64,000 nt of DNA from an uncultured delta proteobacterium. GTDB lineage: Bacteria; Myxococcota_A; Polyangia; Polyangiales; JAFGIB01. A program made the position numbers and the translations under genes. The notes under the pieces are model-generated. The model saw only the letters and a program-made list of their open reading frames with translations. It did no database searches and had not been told where the DNA came from. Below, one piece after another: positions 47,623 through 57,208 of this stretch. Each line of letters opens with the position of its first letter. The first letter of the stretch is position 1. The DNA lies in contig CAVZVA010000011.1 of assembly GCA_963778655.1 (NCBI GenBank), forward strand, positions 288,001 to 352,000, in the 5' to 3' direction.

Positions 47623-48488
47623 CAGTCAGTGCAGTCCATTGCTAGTACCTCGCTACACACGTTTGCCGGCTTTCCTGAGATCGGGACCGCTAGAGCACGG
47701 AACCTATTGAAGCGTGTGCGAAGTCGGGGGCATGGCGGGATGCAGGGTGCGGGCGGGAGCCCGAAGGCGTAGTCCATCCTATGTCGAGCGGGGAGCGCGC
47801 GTGCCATGCGCCCGCGAGGGCCCCGAAATCGTGCGTGTTTCAATATGTTCGGTGCTCTAGCCGCGTCGATCTGCTCGGAGGCGCCGCTGGCCTGGCGCGG
47901 GAGTCGGCGCGGCGCCGAAGCCGCCTGGGGCAGTTACGTAACCGGTGTAATGCGAGCTTGCGCCCGGACCCTGCCACGTCGGACAGCAACAGCAGCAGGT
48001 TCTGCACATCCTAACCCATCGCGGGCGTTCCTCCAATCGATGGACCGCGAGCACGCTGGTCGTGATGGTACGCCGGCCTCGAGCGCGACAAGCGTCGTGC
48101 AGTCACGCACCGCCAGCCAGGCGCCGAGCACCGCGGCGCAAGCTGAGTCCAGGTCGCTGAGGACTGAGCCCAACACCTCGCACGGCAGCGTCGCTCGTTC
48201 CCTTGCGCCGACCGGGAGGTAGCGCTTGGCCGCAGTCTCGTACAATGCGAGCTGCCGCGCCGGATCCAGACCGCGAGCCATCAAGCGAAACAAGCGTCGA
48301 GTGGCCCGGATGACTGTCCGAACGCCTTTTCGAAGCCGAAAGGCTCCCACCTATCCATCCAATGTGTGCGTACGGCGCAGATCTTCGACGCGTTCCCGCG
48401 CGCGAGGGGAGCCCCAACCGCGTGCGATCCGCTATCCTAGATCAGTGACCGCATATCGCGTCATAGCGGTGGGAAACGGTCCGCAGGT

Positions 48489-51400
48489 GTGGCGCTAACC
48501 GCCGGAGAAGTCACGAGGCTCGAGCCGGAGCTGGTCGCAGGGCGCTACCGCGTGGAGGCGCGCCTGGCGCGCGGCGGCATGGGCGCCGTCTACCGCGCGC
48601 ACGACCGCGTGCGGGGCCGCCCGGTCGCGCTCAAGCGCCTGGTCGCCGACGCCGACGCGCGCCGGCGCGCGCGCATGTTCGAGCGCGAGTACCACACGCT
48701 CGCGGGGCTCAAGCATCCACGCATCATCGAGGTCTACGAGTACGGGGTCGACGAGCGCGGCGCGTACTACACCATGGAGCTGCTCGATGGCCGCGACCTG
48801 CGCGAGCTGGCACCCGTGCCGTACCGGGCGGCGTGCTCCTACCTGCGCGACGTCGCCAGCTCGCTTGCGCTGCTGCACGCGCGCAGGCTGTTGCACCGTG
48901 ATCTGTCGCCCCGCAACGTGCGCATCACCTCGGACGCGCGCGCCAAGCTGATCGACTTCGGCGCGTTGACCGGCTTCGGCCGCAACCCCACAGTGGTCGG
49001 CACGCCGCCGCTGGTGCCGCCGGAGGGCTTGTATGGCGCTGCCCTCGATCAGCGCGCCGACCTCTACTCGCTGGGCGCGCTCTCATACTGGGTGCTGACC
49101 GGCCGTCACGCTTTCGAGGTGAAGCGGATCGACGAGCTACAGGATGCGTGGAACACGCATCCGCTGCCGCCCTCTGCGCTCGCGCCCGCGGACGCCGAGG
49201 GCTCGTCCTTTCCCGACGAGCTCGACCACCTCGTGCTGTCGCTGCTGAGCCGCGATCCGATGGCGCGACCGAGCAGCGCCGCCGAGGTGATCGAGCGGCT
49301 CTCGGTGATCGCCGGGCTGCCACCCGATCAGGAGCCGCTCTCGGCGCTCAGCTACCTGCACGGGGGCAAGACGATCGGTCGCACGCGCGAGCGGGCGAAG
49401 TTGCGCAAGCGGCTCAAGGCCGCGCTCGGCGGCGCCGGCTCGGCGGTGGCGATCGAAGCCGAGACCGGCATGGGCAGCGGCCGCATCCTGCACGACCTGG
49501 CGATCGGGGCGCGCCTGCAGGGCGCAGTGGCGGTGGTGGTCGATGCCGCACAGGGCAGCGCCAGCTACGCGGTGCTCGAGGAGATCGCGCACGCCCTGTT
49601 TGCGGCGCTGCCCCACAAGGCGCCGGCCGCGATGGGCGAGCACCAGGCGGCGCTCGCGCGCTTCGTGCCGGGCCGCGGTCGGCACAGCACCCGCCTGTCC
49701 GCGGTGTCGAGCGAAAGCGGCGGCGGCGATCCGCGCGAGCTGCGTTTGCGCACGCAGACCGCGCTGCTCGCCTGGTTGGAGGCGCTGTGCGCCGAGGTCC
49801 CGCTGCTAATCGCCGTGCACAATTTCCACCACGCGGACGAGAGCTCCGCGGCGCTGCTCGCGGCGCTGGCCCGGCGCAGCGCGCGCGGGCGGCTGTTGCT
49901 CGCGCTGGCGTTCGATCCCAGTGCGGTGCCGAGCGCAGCGCCCGCGCTCGCCGACGTGCGCCAGCACGCTGCGCGCATCGGCTTGCTAGGCCTGGACGAG
50001 GACGAAGTGCGCGCGCTGGTGGAGGCCACCTTCGGCGCGGTGCCGGGCAGCGAGAGGCTGGCCGCCCGCCTGCACGAAGCCACCGAGGGCAAGCCGCAAG
50101 CATGCCTCGACTTGATGCAGCATCTGGTCGAGCAGGGGGTGATCGCGTTTGCGGGTGGCGTCTGGGCGCTGCCTCAGGAGCTCGACCTGAGCGAGCTCAC
50201 GGCCGGGCGCGACCACGTGCTCGACGAGCGCCTCGCGCGCCTCGACCCCGACGCCAGGCGTCTGATGGCGCTGCTCTGCGTCCACCGCGGCCCGCTGCCG
50301 CTCGAGCGCCTGGAATCGCTCGCGGCGCTGGAGCGCCTGCGAGAGCCGCTCAAGCTGCTATCTCTGCTGGAGCGGCACGGGGTCGCGGTGTGCGACGAGG
50401 AGGGCGCCCGCTTCGTGCACCGCCGCATGCATGCGGCGGCGCAGCACCTGCTCGACGAGCCCGAACGACGCCGCTTGCACGCGCTGCTCGGCGCCGAGTT
50501 GCTGCGCGAGGAAGCCGACGACGTCGAGACCAGGCTCGAGGCCGGCTGGCACCTGCTCGAGGGCGGCGAGGAACGGCGCGGCGCCGACCTGCTGGCCGAG
50601 ATGGGCTCGGTCTTGTCGCTGGACGCCGACGGCATGGCGGCGGCGCTGCCCGCGCTGCGCGCCGCGCTCGCAGCCTTTCGCCGCCAGGGCCGCAGCAAGC
50701 GCGAGCAGGCACGCCTGCTCGCCTCGCTGGTGATGAGCGGCTTCTACGTCGACCGCAAGCTGGTCGACACCTACGGTGACGATGCGGTCGCCGCGCTGCA
50801 AGACGTGCTCGGGCTGTCGCTGGCGCGGCGCCTGCGCCCACTGCTCGGCCGCAGGCTCGGCGACGCGATCGGGCTGAGCGTGGGCTTGCTGCGTTCCGTG
50901 ATCGACTGCGGCCCGCGGCGCGCGCTGGCCGCTTACAAGGAGCTGGCCACCACCTTCACGCTCGTGATCGTGTTCCTGACCTCCGCTTGGGCGCTGATGC
51001 TCGATGCCGAGCGCGCGCAGCATTACGCGGAGCTATTGGCGCCGCTGCGCGTGTTGGGCGCCGACCACGCGGTGGAGATCTCCTATCGCTACGCGTGCGC
51101 GCTGGCGCGGCTGCCCGAGGACCGCATCGCGGACACCTTGGCTGCGTGCCGGAAGCTGCTCGCGCGCGTGGACGGCGAGCGACCGATACGCGACATGGCC
51201 CCGGTGCACCGCAGCCTGATCCGGGGCGCGCTGTTGTACAGCGTGGGCGCGCTCGAGACCTTTCGCGGCGACCCCGAGGCGTTGCGCTTCGCGGCGGAGC
51301 TGGAGCGATCCACCTTGTTCATGCACGAGCTGTACGCGGCGCAGATCCGTGCCAACTACCACGGCGTGCGCGGAGAGCTGGCGGAAGCCGAGCGTTGGGT

Positions 51401-52652
51401 TCGGCGGGTGGAGCTGCTGGCCAGGCAGGCCGGCTCCGGCTGGCAAGCGGACGTGTGGGCGCCATCCAGCGCGCTGCTGTGCAACGTGCTGACCGGCGAT
51501 CTGATCGGGGCCAAGCGCGTCGCCGCGCAGCTCGCGAGCCTGGCCCGCGAGATCCCTTCCCTTGAGCTACACGCCCGTGGAGCAGTGGGTTTTTACACCC
51601 ACTTGCGCGGCGAACATCAGCGCTCCAGTGACATCGCCGCCGCGACCATCGCCAGCGTGCCGCCACGTTCGTTTATCGGCTGGACGACCCTGATCGCGGG
51701 GCAAATGAGCTCCCTGACGCCCCTGGGTCGGGCCGAGGAGGCCCGCCGGCTCGGCCTGCAGACGCTGGCGTTGCTCGACGCCGAGGATCGCGGAATCAGC
51801 GCGATGGTGGTCACGCTGGTGACCGAGCTGGCGCGCGCCGAGGCCGAGCTCGGCGAGCTCGATGTCGCGGCGAGCCGGCTCGAGGCTTTCCTGACCGAGC
51901 TCGGCGAGGGCGGCGGTCCGGCGGTACGCGCCACGCTGCACGAGGCGCGCGCGCAGGTGGCGCTACTGGCCGGGGACGGCCCCGCCGCGCGGCTGCACCT
52001 GTCGTTGATGGAACGCTGCGCGCGGCCGACCGGGCACCCGGCGCTGATCGCGCGCTGCGAACGCCTGCGACGTGCGCTCGATGCCGGCGATGGACACGCG
52101 CTCGTCACCTCGCGCGCCACGCTGGATCTCGCGCTGCCTGCTGAGGACGAGCTGATCGCCTTGGTGCGCCGTTTCGAGGGCAAGGGTGAGCGCCACGACT
52201 GTGTGCTCGACCTGCTGCTCGAGCACACCGGCGCCTCGAGCGGAGCGCTGTTCGGCTGCGAAGACGGCGAGCTTGTGCTGCTGTCGCCGCTCGGCGAAGA
52301 GACCGCCGACGCGCTGCGCGCGCACGCGCGCGCGCGCCAGGAGCTGGAGCATCGGGCTCGGGAGGATGCGGTCACACTGGCCCAGAGCGTGACCCCGCAC
52401 GCGGAGTCGGTCCGTGGACAGCGCTGCGCGGCCGCGGCGGAGCCGCCGCTAGTCGCGTTCATGCTCGAGGTCGCGCGCGAGCACACCACTGCGCCGGTTG
52501 CCGTAGCGGTGCTGCGCCCTGCCCCGGAGCCCCTGCGCGAGCCGCCGGCGAGCCTGTTGCGCGCGCTCGGCGAAGCCCTGAGCGAGCCTCTATCCGCGTC
52601 GACAGAGGCGAACCCGACGGCGCACGCCGCGCTCGAGCCGCGCTCCGACTGA
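48489..52652 (+). CDS. Ser/Thr kinase - degenerate AAA/STAND ATPase - helical repeat protein (paralog 2)
   Basis: LARGGMGAVY, FEREYHTLAGLKHPRII, HRDLSPRN, DFG; degenerate P-loop AETGMGSG. Colinear similarity with 37847-42172. Confidence 0.9.
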   Translation: MALTAGEVTRLEPELVAGRYRVEARLARGGMGAVYRAHDRVRGRPVALKRLVADADARRRARMFEREYHTLAGLKHPRIIEVYEYGVDERGAYYTMELLDGRDLRELAPVPYRAACSYLRDVASSLALLHARRLLHRDLSPRNVRITSDARAKLIDFGALTGFGRNPTVVGTPPLVPPEGLYGAALDQRADLYSLGALSYWVLTGRHAFEVKRIDELQDAWNTHPLPPSALAPADAEGSSFPDELDHLVLSLLSRDPMARPSSAAEVIERLSVIAGLPPDQEPLSALSYLHGGKTIGRTRERAKLRKRLKAALGGAGSAVAIEAETGMGSGRILHDLAIGARLQGAVAVVVDAAQGSASYAVLEEIAHALFAALPHKAPAAMGEHQAALARFVPGRGRHSTRLSAVSSESGGGDPRELRLRTQTALLAWLEALCAEVPLLIAVHNFHHADESSAALLAALARRSARGRLLLALAFDPSAVPSAAPALADVRQHAARIGLLGLDEDEVRALVEATFGAVPGSERLAARLHEATEGKPQACLDLMQHLVEQGVIAFAGGVWALPQELDLSELTAGRDHVLDERLARLDPDARRLMALLCVHRGPLPLERLESLAALERLREPLKLLSLLERHGVAVCDEEGARFVHRRMHAAAQHLLDEPERRRLHALLGAELLREEADDVETRLEAGWHLLEGGEERRGADLLAEMGSVLSLDADGMAAALPALRAALAAFRRQGRSKREQARLLASLVMSGFYVDRKLVDTYGDDAVAALQDVLGLSLARRLRPLLGRRLGDAIGLSVGLLRSVIDCGPRRALAAYKELATTFTLVIVFLTSAWALMLDAERAQHYAELLAPLRVLGADHAVEISYRYACALARLPEDRIADTLAACRKLLARVDGERPIRDMAPVHRSLIRGALLYSVGALETFRGDPEALRFAAELERSTLFMHELYAAQIRANYHGVRGELAEAERWVRRVELLARQAGSGWQADVWAPSSALLCNVLTGDLIGAKRVAAQLASLAREIPSLELHARGAVGFYTHLRGEHQRSSDIAAATIASVPPRSFIGWTTLIAGQMSSLTPLGRAEEARRLGLQTLALLDAEDRGISAMVVTLVTELARAEAELGELDVAASRLEAFLTELGEGGGPAVRATLHEARAQVALLAGDGPAARLHLSLMERCARPTGHPALIARCERLRRALDAGDGHALVTSRATLDLALPAEDELIALVRRFEGKGERHDCVLDLLLEHTGASSGALFGCEDGELVLLSPLGEETADALRAHARARQELEHRAREDAVTLAQSVTPHAESVRGQRCAAAAEPPLVAFMLEVAREHTTAPVAVAVLRPAPEPLREPPASLLRALGEALSEPLSASTEANPTAHAALEPRSD

Positions 52653-52698
52653 CGCCCGATTTTTCCAAGCCGAAACGCGACGGACATGGCCAGCTGCT

Positions 52699-52715
52699 GG
52701 TGTGTGGCACACACC
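52699..52715. promoter_or_regulatory. Perfect 8-1-8 palindrome, operator-like, upstream of the guanidine/urea operon
   Basis: ggtgtgtg-g-cacacacc, ending 17 nt before ATG 52733. Confidence 0.45.
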
Positions 52716-52732
52716 TTCCCTTGGACGAGGCC

Positions 52733-53785
52733 ATGATGACCAGCAAAGCCCGCAAAGCGGTTGCGAGCGCGTTCGCTCTCGCGCTCTTCTTCGTTTGCAG
52801 CGGAGCCAGCCGCCCGGCGCCGCGGGCGGCTCCGCCCCCGCAGCGGCCCGAAACAATCCGAGGACCGGCGGCGGGCAAGGCCCCTCCCCTGCGCGTGGCC
52901 TACAGCGACTGGCCGGGGTGGACCGCGTTCGAGGTCGGTATCCAGAAAGGATGGTTCAAGCAGGCGGGCGTCGACGTGGTGTTCTCCTGGTTCGACTACC
53001 TGCCGTCGATGGAGGCGTTTACCGCCGGCAAGGTCGACGCAGTCATGGTCACCAACGGCGACGCTCTGGTCACCGGAGCCAACGGCGCCAAGAGCAAGAT
53101 GATCCTGGTCACCGACTACAGCAACGGTAACGACAAGGTCATCGCCAAACCGGGCATCAAGAGCCTCAAGCAGCTCAAGGGCAAGAAGATCGGCCTCGAG
53201 CTGACGTTGGTCGAGCACCTGCTGCTACTGCAGGGGCTGCAGAAGATCGGCATGAAGCAGTCCGACGTCACCCTGGTCAACTTCCCCACCAACGAAACGC
53301 CGCAGGCGCTGGCTTCGGGCCAGGTCGACGCGGTCGCGGCCTGGTACCCGACCTCGAGCCAGGCGCTGACCTCGGTCGCCGGCTCCAAGGCCGTGTTCAC
53401 CAGCGCGGACGTGCCCGGGCTGATCTACGACACGGTGGCCGTGAACCCGCAGAGCCTGGCCAAGCGCAAGGCGGACTGGGCGAAGTTCGTCAAGGTCTGG
53501 TACCGCATCGCCGACTTCGTGCGCGATCCCAAGACCCAGCCCGAGGCGGTCAAGATCATGGCGGCCAAGGTCGGCGTCAAGCCCGCAGAATACGCCGCGG
53601 CGATGCCGGGCACGTATTTCCTTTCGCTGGCGGACGCCAAGAAGCGCTTCGTCAAGGGCGCCGGGCTCGGCTCACTGTACGGCTCGAGCAAGATCGCCGA
53701 TGACTTCAACGTCAAGAACAAGGTCTACGCGAAATCCCAACCGGTCGACGAGTACATCGATCCGGAGATCATCAAGTCGCTGTGA
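52733..53785 (+). CDS. ABC transporter substrate-binding protein (urea-carboxylase-associated, NMT1/SsuA-like)
   Basis: LRVAYSDWPGW, WFDYLPSM, TNGDAL and DYSNGND; signal peptide. Confidence 0.9.
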   Translation: MMTSKARKAVASAFALALFFVCSGASRPAPRAAPPPQRPETIRGPAAGKAPPLRVAYSDWPGWTAFEVGIQKGWFKQAGVDVVFSWFDYLPSMEAFTAGKVDAVMVTNGDALVTGANGAKSKMILVTDYSNGNDKVIAKPGIKSLKQLKGKKIGLELTLVEHLLLLQGLQKIGMKQSDVTLVNFPTNETPQALASGQVDAVAAWYPTSSQALTSVAGSKAVFTSADVPGLIYDTVAVNPQSLAKRKADWAKFVKVWYRIADFVRDPKTQPEAVKIMAAKVGVKPAEYAAAMPGTYFLSLADAKKRFVKGAGLGSLYGSSKIADDFNVKNKVYAKSQPVDEYIDPEIIKSL

Positions 53786-53794
53786 ACGCGTGAG

Positions 53795-54841
53795 GTGGTG
53801 ATGCGCCCAGGCGACTGGCTCGCGGTACGCAAGGAGCTCCCGCCACGCCCGAGGCTGGCGATGGCGGCGCTGGCCTTCGCCATCCCGCTCGCGCTGTGGT
53901 CGACCGTCAGCTACGTGCCCTTCATCTGGCACCCGCTGGTGGAGATCGAGCAACCCGGCAGCGTCGACTATTTCGAGCGCGGCATGCTGGTGGAGCGCGC
54001 CGCCTTTCAAGCCGAGAACGACAAGGCGCTGGCCGAGCACCGCGCGCAGGCGAGCGGCGAGCGGCGCAACCCGATCTACCTGCCTGCGCCGCACGAGGTC
54101 GCCCGCGCGCTGTACACCGCATTCCGCACCCCGCCCCGACTACCGACCGAGCCCTGGCTGCACCAGAGCCTGTGGCACAGCATCAAGCTGATCTTCTCGG
54201 GCTTCTTGCTCTCGTCGGCGTTCGGCGTGCCGCTCGGCATCCTGTGCGGGACGTTCTCGCTGTTCTCGAAGCTGAGCGAGCCGTTCATCGAGTTCTTCCG
54301 CTATCTGCCGGCGCCCGCGTTCGGGGCGCTCTCGGTCGCGGTGCTGGGCATCTACGACGCTCCCAAGGTCGCCATCATCTTCATCGGCACCTTCTTCCAG
54401 CAGGTGCTGGTCGTGGCGAACACCACGCGCAAGCTCGAGCTGCCGCTGATCGAGGCCGCCCAGACGCTCGGCGCGAACCGGCGCCAGCTGCTGTGGAAGG
54501 TGGTGGTTCCCGGCGTGATGGTCGACCTGTTCACCGATATGCGGGTGTTGCTGGGCTGGGCCTGGACCTACCTGATCGTCGCCGAGATGGTGGGCACGAC
54601 CAGTGGCATCACCTATTTCATCAACCAACAGGCGCGCTACCGCAACTACCAGAACGTCTACGCCGCGATCATGATGATCGGGCTGATCGGGCTGTGCAGC
54701 GACCTCGCGCTGGCGCGGCTCGGACGCAGCCTCTTCCCCTGGCGTCCGGACAGCACGCGGCTGCCGTTCTCGGCGCTGGTGCGCGGCCTGCTGCCCTCGC
54801 GCGCGCGGCGCCGCGCCTCCGCCGAAGGGCTGACGGCGTGA
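53795..54841 (+). CDS. ABC transporter permease (SsuC/TauC-like)
   Basis: [29 protein letters not shown] and WTYLIVAE. Confidence 0.92.
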   Translation: MVMRPGDWLAVRKELPPRPRLAMAALAFAIPLALWSTVSYVPFIWHPLVEIEQPGSVDYFERGMLVERAAFQAENDKALAEHRAQASGERRNPIYLPAPHEVARALYTAFRTPPRLPTEPWLHQSLWHSIKLIFSGFLLSSAFGVPLGILCGTFSLFSKLSEPFIEFFRYLPAPAFGALSVAVLGIYDAPKVAIIFIGTFFQQVLVVANTTRKLELPLIEAAQTLGANRRQLLWKVVVPGVMVDLFTDMRVLLGWAWTYLIVAEMVGTTSGITYFINQQARYRNYQNVYAAIMMIGLIGLCSDLALARLGRSLFPWRPDSTRLPFSALVRGLLPSRARRRASAEGLTA

Positions 54842-55765
54842 GCGGCACCAGCGGCGAGACTGCGGCCGGCGCGCCCGCACTGGCGCTGCCGAGCTACAAG
54901 GAGCAGCCGCCGGAGGTGCGCGCGCGCTTCGCGCGGCTGTATGCGCGCCCGGTGATCCTGGACGTGCAGGCGCTGAGCCGGCGCTTCCAGAGCGACTCCG
55001 GCCCGGTCACGGCGCTCGAGGGGATCGGGCTGCGCGCCCACCGCCGCGAGCTGCTGTGCGTGATCGGCGCGTCGGGCTGCGGCAAGTCCACGCTGGTGCG
55101 GATCCTGGCCGGGCTCGACGAGCCCAGCGCGGGCGAGGTGCTGCTCGACGGCAAGCCGGTGCACGGCCCGGGCCCGGACCGCGGCATGGTGTTCCAGGGC
55201 TACACCCTGTTCCCCTGGCGCACCGTGCTCCAGAACGTGATGTTCGGGCTCGAGGTGCGCGGGCAGAGCGCGTCCTCGGCCGAAGCCGAGGCGCGCGAGT
55301 GGGTCGAGATCGTGGGTCTGACCCGCTTCACCGACGCCTACCCCCACCAGCTCTCGGGCGGCATGAAGCAACGCGTGGCGATCGCGCGCGCGCTGGCGAA
55401 CCGGCCCCGCATCCTGCTGATGGACGAGCCGTTCGCGGCGCTCGATGCCCAGACCCGCGCATTGATGCAGTCGTACCTGCTGGAGCTCTGGCGCCAGATC
55501 GACATTACCATCGTCTTCGTCACCCACGATCTCGAGGAAGCGGTATATCTGGCCGACCGGATCGTGGTGCTGGGCTCCAATCCGGGTCACGTGCAGGAGG
55601 TGGTCGAGGTGCCCGTCCCCTCGCCCGCGCTCGCGGGAACAAATGATCAGCCCGCTCTTCATCGCGACCAAGCAGCACCTGGAGTCGCTGATCCACGCCA
55701 AAGCCGCGGATGCAGAGCCCCGCCCACGCATTCGCATGACCCAGGTCGGCGACGAGGTGGACTGA
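54838..55765 (+). CDS. ABC transporter ATP-binding protein (SsuB/TauB-like), +1 frameshift at 55617-55620
   Basis: [23 protein letters not shown] and VTHD. Removing one C from cccc restores PRPRSREQ...F...K..LESLIH up to TGA 55763-55765. Confidence 0.9.
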
Positions 55766-55789
55766 GCTGCGTTGCCCCGGGAGGTGAGC

Positions 55790-56554
55790 ATGAGCCTGCA
55801 ACCGATTCCAGAGAAGCGTCTGCTGTTCGAGGAAACCGTGCCCGGCGGCGCGATGTGGTCGGGCGTGCTGCGCCGGCACCACGCGCTGCGGTTGGCCGAT
55901 CTCGAGGGTGGCGCCAACGTCTCGATGCTGTTGTTCAACCGCGAGCAGATGCTCGAGCGTTACAACATGCCGGACACGCTCAAGGCCCAGCACGTGGCTT
56001 ACCTGACCAAAGGCCGTGTGCTGTACTCGGACATGGGTCGCATCCTGTGCTCGATCACCGAGGACACCAGCGGCTGGCACGATACGGTGTGCGGGCTCGG
56101 CGACGCCGCCCTGTGTCGGGCCAAATACGGACGCACGCGCTACCAGGAGCAGCGCAATGACTTCCACCGCAACGGCCGCGACCAGATGCTGACCGAGCTT
56201 GCCAAGTGGGGCCTGGGCGCGCGCGATCTGGTGCCGAACCTCAACCTGTTCAGCAAGGTGACGGCCGGCGACGACGGCAACCTGCGTTTCGACATGGGCC
56301 ACGCCCGGGCGGGCGCGGCGATCGATCTACGCGCGGAGATGCACGTGCTGGTCGTGCTGAACACCTGCCAGCACCCGCTCGATCCGAACCCGGCCTACGC
56401 CCCCAAGCCGGTCAAGCTCGAGGTCTACCGCGCCGATCCACCGGGACCGGACGACCCGTGCAGGCGCTCGCGCCCGGAAAACGAGCGCGGCTTCATCAAC
56501 ACCGAACGCATGTTCACCGGCGTGGGCACGGGCGGCACGGAGCTTTCGTCATGA
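55790..56554 (+). CDS. cgdA: Urea-amidolyase-associated protein UAAP1 / carboxyguanidine deiminase subunit A (DUF1989)
   Basis: [44 protein letters not shown] and PENERGF. Confidence 0.88.
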   Translation: MSLQPIPEKRLLFEETVPGGAMWSGVLRRHHALRLADLEGGANVSMLLFNREQMLERYNMPDTLKAQHVAYLTKGRVLYSDMGRILCSITEDTSGWHDTVCGLGDAALCRAKYGRTRYQEQRNDFHRNGRDQMLTELAKWGLGARDLVPNLNLFSKVTAGDDGNLRFDMGHARAGAAIDLRAEMHVLVVLNTCQHPLDPNPAYAPKPVKLEVYRADPPGPDDPCRRSRPENERGFINTERMFTGVGTGGTELSS

Positions 56555-57195
56555 GCCTCTTCACGCAGAGCCGGCTCGATGCCGGGGCCGCGCTGGTCGA
56601 CGTCATCGTGCCCGCCGGGGAGCACTGGTCCGGGCACATCGCCGAGGGCCAGGTCCTCCGCATCGTGGACCTTGAGGGTAACCAGGCGGTCGACACGTTG
56701 TTCTTCAACGCCGACGACCCGGACGAGCGCTACAGCGCGAGCGACACCATCCGCCACCAGGGCAACCTGTACCTGACCACGGGCAGCGTGCTGCGCTCCA
56801 CCGCCGGCACGCCCATGTTGAGCATCGTGGCCGACACCTGCGGGCGCCACGACACCCTCGGCGGGGCGTGCTCCTCGGAGTCCAACACCGTGCGCTACGG
56901 GCACCACACCCGCTACATGCACTCGTGCCGCGACAATTTCCTGCTCGCGGCCGCGCGCTGCGGACTGTCGCTCGACAAGCGCGACATCACCAACAACATC
57001 AACTTCTTCATGAACGTACCGGTCACCCAGGACGGCAAGCTGACCTTCGAGGACGGCATCTCCGCAGGCGGCAAGTACGTGGAGCTGCGCGCCGAGCTCG
57101 ACCTGCTGTGCCTGATCTCCAACTGCCCCCAGCTCAACAATCCCTGCAACGCCTACAACCCCACCCCGATCCGGCTCCTGATCTGGAACGCGTGA
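56551..57195 (+). CDS. cgdB: Urea-amidolyase-associated protein UAAP2 / carboxyguanidine deiminase subunit B (DUF1989)
   Basis: [38 protein letters not shown] and [11 protein letters not shown]. Confidence 0.9.
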   Translation: MSLFTQSRLDAGAALVDVIVPAGEHWSGHIAEGQVLRIVDLEGNQAVDTLFFNADDPDERYSASDTIRHQGNLYLTTGSVLRSTAGTPMLSIVADTCGRHDTLGGACSSESNTVRYGHHTRYMHSCRDNFLLAAARCGLSLDKRDITNNINFFMNVPVTQDGKLTFEDGISAGGKYVELRAELDLLCLISNCPQLNNPCNAYNPTPIRLLIWNA

Positions 57196-57208
57196 ACGGA
57201 GCACGCGC

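Noticed and set aside
47791..47806. TGGCACGCGCGCTCC as a sigma54 promoter for the ligase-peptidase gene
   Set aside because: The conserved -12 GC is absent.
52721..52760. ggacgagg resembles the start of a guanidine-III riboswitch
   Set aside because: No pseudoknot partner strands are present. It is better explained as the ribosome-binding site.
53896..56160. 754-aa ORF containing an ABC ATPase
   Set aside because: The real gene starts at 54838. The extensions are shadow frame and frameshift read-through.
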